Shown here: positions 10,119 through 19,400 of the stretch, in pieces
Layout of the letters: every line of letters begins with the position of its first letter
Numbering within the stretch: the stretch's first letter is position 1
Assembly (NCBI GenBank): GCA_049322915.1
Contig: JBMOPW010000014.1
Span: forward strand, 160,001 to 224,000
Length of the DNA stretch: 64,000 nt
Source of the DNA: Candidatus Zhuqueibacterota bacterium
GTDB taxonomy: Bacteria > Zhuqueibacterota > Zhuqueibacteria > Thermofontimicrobiales > Thermofontimicrobiaceae
Direction of reading: 5' to 3'
Position numbers and translations under genes: made by a program
Notes under the pieces: model-generated
What the model was told of the DNA's origin: nothing
Databases searched by the model: none
Seen by the model: the letters and a program-made list of their open reading frames with translations, nothing else

Positions 10119-10587
10119 AATGAATCGCCTCCTCGATAGTAATGATAGGTGCAGACATGGACGAGAAAGAAGCGTGACATCCGTCGAGTGCAAAAAACGA
10201 TCGATGGAATAGCTGCAATGAAAAAACAATCCTGAGTCAGAAATGCAGAGCAACCCCATCAGTTCTCGCCATAGCCCCATTGCAGTAATTTCGTGCTCAG
10301 AAATTGCTCAGTCACGTGTTTGTTTTCTCATCATGTTGCGCAGTTTGAGTGGTTAATATAACAATATTACTGATAGAATCAAAGTGAAATTTAAAATGCT
10401 ACGATAAAATAAATGTGTTGATAGTCACAGCAGGTCAAGTTTAGCGAGCGCCGGCGAGAATTGCTGCAGCGCTTTTGTAGGATAGTGTGGCAGCGAAGAA
10501 GACCGACCTGAATATTCGGGCAGAGTTTGAATCGATGACAATATGCAGTGCGTGCGGAGAATATTCAGGTCGATTGGAGAAAAGACA

Positions 10588-11712
10588 TCAGATTTTCTTT
10601 TCGTAAAGACGATAGGTCTTATACACACGGGCGCCGATATTTTTGAGCGCAATGTTCATTGGATCGTTGTTTTCAAGGATCCAGGAGAACTCGCCCCAGG
10701 TGTATCCTTTTGCAATACCTTTTTTGTAAGTATCGACGTAGAACACAGCATCGAGTCCCTTGTTCCTGTATTCTTTGATGATGCCCATGATGATGACTCG
10801 CAGCCGGCTTATTTTACGGCTAAAGTAGAGAAGTTTGAAAATGCCGAAAGGAAACAAGCGCCCGTTGAGTTTGTGGAGAGCCTGATTAATGTCAGGGCAG
10901 GCCAATGAAAAACCAATGGGCTGACCATCGTGCTCCGCGAAAAAGACAATATCCTCGTCGATAATTTGCACCAGATTTTTGGCGATATGCTCCAGTTCGT
11001 GCTCGGTGAGCGGAACAAAGCCGAAGTTCTTCTCCCAGGCATGGTTGTAAACATACTTAATTTTTTCGAGCTCGCTGGCAAAGTCTTTTTTGTCAATTTT
11101 TCTGAAGGTGAATTTGCTGCGGCTTTTCATCTTTTCGACGACATGGATGACCCGATCGGGCATGGGGTTGTCCTTGCTCATTTCATAGGCCCATAAATCC
11201 ATGATTTTGCGGAAGCCGTATTTTTCAATTAATGCCTGATAATAGGGTGGATTGTGAGGCATGAGAATCACCGGGGGCGTGTCGAATCCGTCGACCAGCA
11301 GACCGCAGGTATCGTTTTGCGAGTAGTTTTCCGGGCCGCGAATGCAATCCAGTTTTTTGCGCCGGCCCCATTCCATCACAGCATCCAGCAATTTCGAGGC
11401 GACTTCATCGCTCTGTATGGATTCGAAAAAGCCGAAGAATCCGACGTTCTCCTCATGAATTTGGTTGTGGCGATTATTCAGAATAGCGACAACCGTCCCA
11501 ACGGCGCGTTTGCCGGCGCGAGCGATGAAAAATTCGGCTTCGGAATGCTCGAAGAAGGGATTGGTCTTTTTATTGAAAACATCCTTTTGCTGAGAGATGA
11601 GGGGTGGCACCCAGACCGGGTCATCTTTATAAATTGTCCAGGGCAGTTTGATGAAGTCATTCCAGTCTTTTCGGGAAGAGACAACAGAGACAGTGATTGT
11701 ATCAGGGTTCAT
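10588..11712 (-). CDS. Two-domain GNAT acyltransferase, probable bacterial ceramide synthase (bCerS/YghO-like)
   Basis: FIKLPWTIYKDDPVWVPPL, NPFFEH, GFFGFFE, GLLVDGF..PP...MPHNPPYY, AWEKNFGFVP, PDINQ and SWILENN..M motifs. Directly downstream of spt. Start at ATG 11712 (SD GGAG); the ORF track gives GTG 11724. Confidence 0.75.
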   Translation of the reverse strand: MNPDTITVSVVSSRKDWNDFIKLPWTIYKDDPVWVPPLISQQKDVFNKKTNPFFEHSEAEFFIARAGKRAVGTVVAILNNRHNQIHEENVGFFGFFESIQSDEVASKLLDAVMEWGRRKKLDCIRGPENYSQNDTCGLLVDGFDTPPVILMPHNPPYYQALIEKYGFRKIMDLWAYEMSKDNPMPDRVIHVVEKMKSRSKFTFRKIDKKDFASELEKIKYVYNHAWEKNFGFVPLTEHELEHIAKNLVQIIDEDIVFFAEHDGQPIGFSLACPDINQALHKLNGRLFPFGIFKLLYFSRKISRLRVIIMGIIKEYRNKGLDAVFYVDTYKKGIAKGYTWGEFSWILENNDPMNIALKNIGARVYKTYRLYEKKI

Positions 11713-11737
11713 GAGCTTCTCCACTTTTATGATGATG

Positions 11738-11792
11738 AAAAAAAACCTGCTTATCCCCCATTTTGTGAAACCGGGACAGGTAAACAGGTTTT
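11738..11792 (-). terminator. Terminator-like hairpin between spt and the bCerS-like gene
   Basis: Arms AAAACCTGCTTA(11742-11753) and TAAACAGGTTTT(11781-11792). The A-run at 11738-11745 gives a U-tract on the minus strand. Confidence 0.5.
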
Positions 11793-11829
11793 AATGTATG
11801 AAAAGATGAGGCAGCATGGAATGGGTTAA

Positions 11830-13020
11830 TCACGATGCAATCAATCCTGATTGTTTGCCAATTTTATAAAATATTTCCAGCACATGATCCAGTTCTTCCG
11901 TTGTATGGGTGGCCATGTAGCTCGTGCGAATGAGCGCATGGTCTGGCTCAACAGCCGGGCTGATGACCGGATTTGAAAAAATACCATTCTCGAACAACAG
12001 CTTCCAGAAGTAGAAGGTTTTGAGATCGTCGCCGATGATGATCGGGATGATGGGGGACTGAGTTACGCCGGTATTAAAACCCATCTCCTCAAATCCTTTT
12101 TTCATTTTATTTGAATTCTTCCACAGTTGCTCCAGCCGCTCCGGTTCGGATTTCAGGATGTCCAATGCGGCATTGACTGTCGCCACGGCCGATGGAGGCA
12201 TACTTGCCGAGAAAATGAGGGCGCGGGCATGGTGCTTAATGTAATTGATGACTTTTTTCTCGCCAGCAAGGAAGCCGCCGAGGGAGGCGAATGATTTGCT
12301 GAACGTGCCCATAATCAGGTCGATGCTGTCGTTCATGCCAAAATGCTCGCCGGTGCCGCGTCCGTGTTTCCCGAGGACGCCGCAGGAATGCGCATCGTCG
12401 ATCATGATGCGCGCGCCGAATTCTCTGGCCAGTTTCGCCATCTCCGGTAATTTAACAATGTCCCCCTCCATGCTGAATACGCCATCGGAAACGATCAATT
12501 TGCCGGCAGTATCGCTGTCGTTGGTTTCCAGCACCCGACGCAGATCGTCCATGTCGTTGTGTTTGAATTTATAAGTGCGACCAAACGAAAGCCGGCAGCC
12601 ATCGATGATGCTGGCGTGATTGGCTCGATCGCTGAACACTAGATCGTTCTTGCCGATGATGGTGGAAATTGCACCCTGATTTGTTTGAAATCCGGTGGAA
12701 AAAACCAGCGTCGCCTCTTTCTGGACAAAGTCGGCCAACTTTTCCTCCAGCTCTTCGTGCAGCGTGAGCGTTCCATTGAGAAACCGTGAACCGGTACACC
12801 CGGAACCGAATGTTTCGAGCGCATCGATGGCTGCTTTTTTGACGCGCGGATCCTGAGTCAAACCGAGGTAGTTGTTCGATCCAATCATGATGAATTTTTT
12901 GCCGTCGATCATCACCGTCGAACCGGCGCCCGATTGAATCGCTTTGAAGTAAGGATAGTAACCCTGAGCCTGTGCTTCTTCAACTCGCGTATAGGTGTAA
13001 GCCTTCTGAAATAAGTCCAA
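11830..13020 (-). CDS. spt: PLP-dependent alpha-oxoamine synthase, probable serine palmitoyltransferase
   Basis: YPYF, GSNNYLGLT, GSRFLNGT, STGFQTN, NHASIIDG, DGVFSMEGD, DDAH, GTFSKS (Schiff-base Lys), IFSAS. TTG start after SD AAGGAG. Gene context: GNAT and SDR neighbours. Confidence 0.8.
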   Translation of the reverse strand: MDLFQKAYTYTRVEEAQAQGYYPYFKAIQSGAGSTVMIDGKKFIMIGSNNYLGLTQDPRVKKAAIDALETFGSGCTGSRFLNGTLTLHEELEEKLADFVQKEATLVFSTGFQTNQGAISTIIGKNDLVFSDRANHASIIDGCRLSFGRTYKFKHNDMDDLRRVLETNDSDTAGKLIVSDGVFSMEGDIVKLPEMAKLAREFGARIMIDDAHSCGVLGKHGRGTGEHFGMNDSIDLIMGTFSKSFASLGGFLAGEKKVINYIKHHARALIFSASMPPSAVATVNAALDILKSEPERLEQLWKNSNKMKKGFEEMGFNTGVTQSPIIPIIIGDDLKTFYFWKLLFENGIFSNPVISPAVEPDHALIRTSYMATHTTEELDHVLEIFYKIGKQSGLIAS

Positions 13021-13066
13021 TTGAGTTCTCCTTATGAATGGTTATCTTATCGCATAAGTCAAGGCA

Positions 13067-13095
13067 AATATAAAAATCATTTTAGCCATTGTCAA
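13067..13095 (-). promoter_or_regulatory. sigma70-type promoter for spt
   Basis: Minus strand TTGACA(13095-13090)-N17-TATATT(13072-13067). Confidence 0.7.
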
Positions 13096-13363
13096 GATTA
13101 AAAGTTTAGTAACTGTAAAATTAATAAAACTACTGTTGCATTTTTTCATTAGAGTTTGTATTTTCAGGAGTAGACAGAGAAAAAAATAGAACCCGATGCA
13201 TGTGTCGGATGCGATCAGCGCTGCTGAACGGCCGCTTTATTCCTGCTCTGTCGCAGTGTGCGGGGAGTACAAAGGATAAAATGAAAATGGGCTTTTCAAG
13301 CCGGGCTGGCCGGCTTTGCCAAAGGCAAATTTACGATCTGTAATTCAAGTCAGGGGAAAATTC

Positions 13364-14344
13364 ATGCGCGTGCTTGTCACCGGCAGCAATGGTTTTATTG
13401 GAAGCCATCTGGTCGAACGGCTTGTGAGCCGGAACGATGAAGTGCTCTGCCTCGTTCGAAAGACGAGTCGTCTCACATGGATAGAGCAACTTCCGGTCAC
13501 ATTTGTCTATGGAGATGTGTGTGACTCGGATTCGCTTCGCTCCATTGTTCAGGGCGTTGATTACGTCTATCATCTCGGCGGAGTTGTCCGGGCCAGATCA
13601 GAAGCGGAATTCATTCGGGTCAATGTCGAGGGCACAAAAAACCTGCTGGAGGCGTGCCGGCTGAACAATCCCCGGCTGCGACGATTTGTGCTGGTCTCCA
13701 GCCAGGCCGCGGCCGGCCCGAGCCCTGACAGGACGCCGCTCACCGAAGACGTCCCGCCTCGGCCAATTTCAGCATACGGCCGGAGCAAAATGCAGGCGGA
13801 GTCCGCAGTGATGAGTTATAGGAGATTTTTTCCGTACACCATTATCCGGCCGCCGTCGGTGTACGGCCGGCGCGATGATGATATTTTTGTCATTTTCAAA
13901 GCGGTAAAATTTGGTGTGAAACTGTTGATCGGCTGGAGAAATAAAAAAATCAGCCTGGTTCATGTCGATGATTTAACTCGGGGAATATGCCTGGCGGCCG
14001 AATCGGATCGGGCGGAGAACCAGGTGTTTTCCATCGCCAATCCGGAGGCGTATGACTGGCTGGAAATTATGAACGAAATCAGTCGCGCACTGGGGACAAA
14101 CGCGATGACAATAAGGATTCCTGAATCGTTACTGAGTTTCATGGCCGGGCTGAATGAGAAGCTCGCCCGCGTCCTGCATTCGGAGGCGGTGTTCAACATG
14201 GACAAAGCGAATGAGATGAAACAGGATTACTGGCTGATCAGCAGCGTCAAGGCGGCGAAGTTGCTGGATTTCAAAACTCAAATCGATCTGGAACAGGGAT
14301 TGAGGGATACGGCGATCTGGTATAAGCAACAGGGCTGGTTGTAA
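13364..14344 (+). CDS. Extended SDR / NAD-dependent epimerase-dehydratase, candidate ceramide (3-oxo) reductase (CerR-like)
   Basis: VTGSNGFIG Rossmann motif, HLGGVVRARS, NVEGT, VSSQAA, YGRSK (YxxxK), RPPSVYG. ATG at 13364 with AGGGG SD. Divergent from spt. Confidence 0.7.
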   Translation: MRVLVTGSNGFIGSHLVERLVSRNDEVLCLVRKTSRLTWIEQLPVTFVYGDVCDSDSLRSIVQGVDYVYHLGGVVRARSEAEFIRVNVEGTKNLLEACRLNNPRLRRFVLVSSQAAAGPSPDRTPLTEDVPPRPISAYGRSKMQAESAVMSYRRFFPYTIIRPPSVYGRRDDDIFVIFKAVKFGVKLLIGWRNKKISLVHVDDLTRGICLAAESDRAENQVFSIANPEAYDWLEIMNEISRALGTNAMTIRIPESLLSFMAGLNEKLARVLHSEAVFNMDKANEMKQDYWLISSVKAAKLLDFKTQIDLEQGLRDTAIWYKQQGWL

Positions 14345-14433
14345 CTGAAGCGAGATCGGCCGGCCAATGCCTCGCGGCTCTTTTCTCTATTAGGAATCCG
14401 AATCGAATGGATTCAAATCGTCAGGAAAAATCC

Positions 14434-14892
14434 ATGAAATTTATCGTCGATGTCATGTTGGGCAAATTGGCGAAGTGGCTTCGAATTCTTGGATACGATA
14501 CAGTGTACGATCCCCATTTTACCGACGATGACCTGTTTTTCAGAGCGCATCAGGAGAGAAGAATTTTACTGACAAGGGATAAACAGCTATCGCAGCGGAT
14601 GAACCCGGACTATACTTTTTTTGTCACAGAACTTTTGGCCCCGCAGCAGGTGAAACAGGTAGTCGAACATTTTAAGCTGGACACAACACATGGCATTTTC
14701 ACCCGATGCACTTTGTGCAATTCGCCTGTCACAGCCATCCCGAAACAGACGGTTCAGGGAAAAGTCCCGGACTATGTATTTCGGACTACAGACCAATTTT
14801 ATTTTTGTCCGGCATGTGAAAAAATCTACTGGCCGGGATCGCACACCAAGCAGGTTCGGGACGCGCTGAAATCCTTATCCGCAGGAACATGA
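14434..14892 (+). CDS. Mut7-C RNase (PIN-like) domain protein with Zn ribbon
   Basis: FIVDVMLGKLAKWLRILGYD, RILLTRD, RCTLCN...CPACEKIYWPGSH. Confidence 0.9.
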   Translation: MKFIVDVMLGKLAKWLRILGYDTVYDPHFTDDDLFFRAHQERRILLTRDKQLSQRMNPDYTFFVTELLAPQQVKQVVEHFKLDTTHGIFTRCTLCNSPVTAIPKQTVQGKVPDYVFRTTDQFYFCPACEKIYWPGSHTKQVRDALKSLSAGT

Positions 14893-15134
14893 ATATGACC
14901 AATGAAGAAGCATTGCGTGAAGAGCAACGAAAAATGCGGCTGTTGAAAACGCTGATCGACTTGACCACAGCCGTTCTTTACCAGGGCAATCTTTCGGTAT
15001 TTGAGACGATCCAACTGATTCATAACACGAAAAAGGCCGTGTTGAAGTTATTCCCGGACAAAGAGGAAACCTACAATCTCATTTACAAGCCGCGGTTTGA
15101 ACGGATATTGAATGAGCGCCTGCAACAGAATTGA
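14889..15134 (+). CDS. Small helical hypothetical protein, translationally coupled to the Mut7-C gene
   Basis: ATGA overlap at 14889-14892. Motif LFPDKEETYNLIYKPRFER looks like a conserved hypothetical. Confidence 0.7.
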   Translation: MNMTNEEALREEQRKMRLLKTLIDLTTAVLYQGNLSVFETIQLIHNTKKAVLKLFPDKEETYNLIYKPRFERILNERLQQN

Positions 15135-15161
15135 TCCTGTTCGATCCGTTGGCAACTGCAC

Positions 15162-16238
15162 TCACGCCAGATCTTTCAAAATGTACAGCAACATGCGGAC
15201 TGCTTTTTCCATGTCCGCCACTGCAATTTTTTCATTGGTGGAATGCTCATTTTGCGCGCCAATTCCCAGCACGGCTGTTTGAATCCCTTTGTTGTTGTAA
15301 ATAGAAGCATCTGTAAAACCCGTGATAAAAACAGCTTTGGGTTCCAAACCGACCGATTGAATCGCCCTGCTGGCGATCTTCACAACCGGACTGGTTTCGG
15401 GAATGCTCACCGCATCGCAAAGGATAGTTGTGCGAACTTCAGCTCTGGCGCCAAATTGATTCACTTCAGAAAGGATGATGGACCGCATCCCCTCGGCCAG
15501 ATCGATCGCTTTCTGATGGTTCAAACTTCGGCACTCCGCCGCAAATACGACTTTATCCGGAACCCCGTTTCGAACGAGTCCTCCGGAAATCGTTCCGATA
15601 TTCGCGGTTGTATCTTTATCCAATCGGCCCAGACGGAGCCTGGTGATGGCGCGGGCAGCCGCCTGAATTGCCGAAATGCCCTTCTCCGGTTCCATGCCCG
15701 CATGGGCGCCCTTGCCTGTAATTTCAACATCAATGGCAACGTACGTGGGCCCGCCGATGACAATGCAGTCCAGAACATCGCCGTCCATGAGAAACCCGAT
15801 CTCCGATTCCAATAATGAAAAATCAAGATTCTTCACGCCGGTGAGTCCGACCTCCTCCTGCCGGCTGACCACAAATTCAATGGGTGGGTGACTATCCGCC
15901 CGGATCAATGCCTCAATCACTTCAGCAATTCCGGCTTTGTCGTCCGCGCCGAGGATGGTATCGCCGCGGGAAGAGATAACGCCCTGCACCAACCCAGGCT
16001 CGATACCTACGCCCGGTTTCACTGTATCCGCATGACAGCTCAACATGATTGGCTTGCGTTGTTTCGATTGTTTTGCCGGCAATTTGGCGATGAAATTGCC
16101 GTACGAGTCACGATGGATTTTAGCATGAAATGTGGAAGCAAAATATTTTTCCAGAAATTGCATCATCTGTTCTTCATTCCCTGATTCGCTGTCGATGGTT
16201 ACCATTTCCATGAACAACTTAATCATTCGGTCAGGCAT
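15162..16238 (-). CDS. M20B peptidase T-like metallopeptidase
   Basis: SCHADTV, GADDKAG, QEEVG, GAHAG, QNEH metal ligands. Confidence 0.88.
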   Translation of the reverse strand: MPDRMIKLFMEMVTIDSESGNEEQMMQFLEKYFASTFHAKIHRDSYGNFIAKLPAKQSKQRKPIMLSCHADTVKPGVGIEPGLVQGVISSRGDTILGADDKAGIAEVIEALIRADSHPPIEFVVSRQEEVGLTGVKNLDFSLLESEIGFLMDGDVLDCIVIGGPTYVAIDVEITGKGAHAGMEPEKGISAIQAAARAITRLRLGRLDKDTTANIGTISGGLVRNGVPDKVVFAAECRSLNHQKAIDLAEGMRSIILSEVNQFGARAEVRTTILCDAVSIPETSPVVKIASRAIQSVGLEPKAVFITGFTDASIYNNKGIQTAVLGIGAQNEHSTNEKIAVADMEKAVRMLLYILKDLA

Positions 16239-16410
16239 AGGTTTCTCCGTGGCTAATAGAGTTTACGAATTTAAATCCTTCGTTTTGATTTGGACAAAAA
16301 AAAAATTTATGAGTGAGGATCGGAAAACATACGACAGGCAGCATCCAGCCGCTTTTCGAACTGAGTCGAAAAAATAGCTGGTCGAAAATGCCCGACACCG
16401 GCGAAAGCAC

Positions 16411-19400
16411 TCACCGATCGGATAATTGGCCGGCTAATACCACTGTTTTTTTTATCGTCTCTACCAATCCCTTTTCAGAATGAAGCGCCTCCAGGAACAC
16501 AATGTAAATGCCCATCCGACACATAAAGCCCTCGTCATTGAGGCCGTCCCATTTAATGACAGTGTGGATTCCGGCTGGTTGGTTATTGGCCAGAAATCGT
16601 ACCAGCCGGCCGCGGATGTCGTATATTTTCAGATTGATGTGCGCCAGATTGAACGGCAACTGGATGGAGATAACCGCGTCGTCATCCCTGAGGTCGTAAT
16701 CCGGTGAAAACGGATTGGGGGCGATCATCAACTCCGCCCGCCGGGGCAGCTCATCCGCAAAAATGCTGTTCACGCCTCCCGGCGTACTTCCTGAGCCGGA
16801 CACGCTGGAACTCCAATTGGCGACATCTCCGCTGGGACGGCGCGGATTGATCCGTTCCAGCGATGTGCCTGAACCGCCGCCCCAACTGTCAGCGTAAGCA
16901 ACTTCATCAATGACATTGCCATTGGCGTCGAATATGTAAATGGCGTCCTCGTCATTGTTCAATCCTGGCCATGATTCCGGCGCAATCAGGGTCGCGGCGG
17001 AGAATTCCAACTCCGTTGCGAGAGAGGAATCATCGGCCAGAATCAGAAATGAAGATGGCTGAATCGTCGTCGGCGAAAGGGTCAGAACAATGCGATCGGC
17101 GCTGTCGCTATCGGCCCATGTCCAATGCTGAATGTCGACTGCCTCGGTATGGGGGTTGAAAATCTCGATCCATTCCGGATCGCCGGATAAAGGCGCGTAC
17201 ATGATTTCGTTAATCACCAGCGACTGCGCCGCGAAACCAATACTCAGTCGGGCAGACCGGAAATCGTTGGATGGATTCATATCACTGACGAGCGATAGGC
17301 GCGCGCAAATTGTGATCTGGCCGGGCTGTAACGGAATGTACCGGATAGAAGCGACTGCGGATTCTCCGCGTTCCAGCCTTTGCTCAACGGTGATTGTCTC
17401 CCCGATGCGTTCGTCGGATTGCTGCACCCCATCGCCGTTGAAATCTATGAAGCAGTTCAACTGAATAGTGGCGATTTCAGTTATCCCGACGTTGGTCACC
17501 TGAATCGAAATATCGATTTCATCGCCTGGCCCGGGATGAGTCGGAGAAAATGCAATATCGGTGACTCCCGCATCCACTTCCAACGGCGCGACGCTGTTGC
17601 GCATCCCGGGAGTGCCGCCGGCGAAGTCGATGCAAAACGCCCATTGTGCGCTATCCGCAAAGCTGTCCGCCGGATCGAGTCGCTCCAGAGAAATACCAGG
17701 TTTCGACTCCTGGCCAAAGGAATAAGCCATGCTATCGATGGCATGGTCGGAGGCGTCAAACAAGTGGATCTGATCCGAGCTGTTCGTCAAATCCGGCCAG
17801 GTCGTCGGGACCAGAATGGGACAGGCGATTGTGGGAAATGCGCTGAGCAGGACATCATTCTCAGAGAGGATGGCAAAGCCGTGCGGCTGAATGAAAATAT
17901 CTTCTGTGCACGAGAGATAGCGTTTCGATGCACCGCCGTGACTGAATTTTAGCTCGTTGAGATTGATGGCGATGGAATCCGTGTTGAAAATTTCAAACCA
18001 CTCCGGCTGTCCCGAGGCCGGGTGAAACATGACTTCGTTCAAAACGATCTGGCCGCGGCGGATTGGAGCGCGAAAGGGAAGAATGGTAAAATTATTGACC
18101 AGTTCTTCATCTGTATTGCAAATTAGCAAAGCGATAATTTGAATGAATCCGGGATCGGGAGCAGGCAGGGAATGATAGAAAGAAATGGAATCCCCTGATT
18201 CGATTGTGTGATTTTCGAACAACTGCGTGGTCAAAAGCTCCCCGGTCTGGCCCGATGAATCAACATTTTGATCCAGATAAAGCAAATAAGTGAATTCGGA
18301 AATCGGCTTCAATCCGACATTATGAACAGAGACGAAGAAGGAGAGAGAATCAATTGAGTGAGGCGCCAACCAAAGGTGGATATTCAAATCATAGTCCATT
18401 GGACTGAGGCTATTTTTCGCGCCGGGAGTGGCTCCTGTTTCATCCTGGCAGAGGCCCCAGTTCAGCGGATCGCTGGACTGCCCCTGGCTCCGAATGCGCT
18501 CTAATGAGAATCCCGATTCGCTGCCCCATGACGCTGAATAATTCACGTCATCGATGACATTTTGAGCCAGATCAGTGAGCACAATCCAGTCGCCGCTGTT
18601 ATTGAGAGCGGGAAAGCCATCTGCTGGCGTAATCACAGGGCAGGAGATTTCCGGGAATAGCGTAAAAATGGTGCTGTCTTCGGAGATGATGAGGTACTGC
18701 TTGCTATCGATCATTATGTCCGCCGGCGAGATCTCTACCGGCGCATCCAGATGCGAATCCGACACCTTCCATAACTGCACATTTATTGGCGCATCGCCCG
18801 GATTGAACAATTCGATCCATTCGGCTGTGCTGGCCGAAGGACGGAACATGATTTCGTTAATCACGACTGCGTGACGCGTAAATCCAATTCGGGCTTCGAC
18901 CCGGGCTGAATTATTGGAAATGTTCTGATCCTGGTCAAGTTGAACCCGTGCGTAAAAAAGATGCAGCCCACTGCCCCGGGCTTCCATATCTACGGAGAAT
19001 AGCAGGCTGTCACCGCTTGCCAACATCTCCTGTGGAAAATAGGGCTGACCAATCTGCTCCTCCTCCGTCAGGATTGAATCACTGTTTTCATCCTCAAACA
19101 CCAGCACTTCAAAACCGGCGCAGTTGTCGGTGCCAAGATTTGTTACGGAAATCAGGAGCGAGAAATTCTGGTCAGGACCAATGACTGGTGGGGAAAGTCG
19201 CAGCGCCACCCGTACATCGAAAGCAACCTGCCGGACGCTGTTTGGGGCGCCGGGCGTGCCATTTTCAGTCTGGCTGTTCGCCCAGTTTTCCGGCGCGTCA
19301 TCCCCTGACAGATTAATTTTTTCGTCAGAGAAGCCGGGTCGGTTGTCGAGGCTGTAGCGGTAGACGGCAACCGTATCGCCGGCGCTGTTAATGAGAAGTA

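Noticed and set aside
10119..10280. N-terminal 54-aa extension of the 9738-10280 ORF
   Set aside because: A strong SD, TTG and lipoprotein signal at 10118 explain the gene better.
11830..13020. Annotation as bioF or kbl
   Set aside because: No bio or tdh genes nearby; motifs and GNAT/SDR neighbours fit Spt better, though only phylogeny or assay can settle it.
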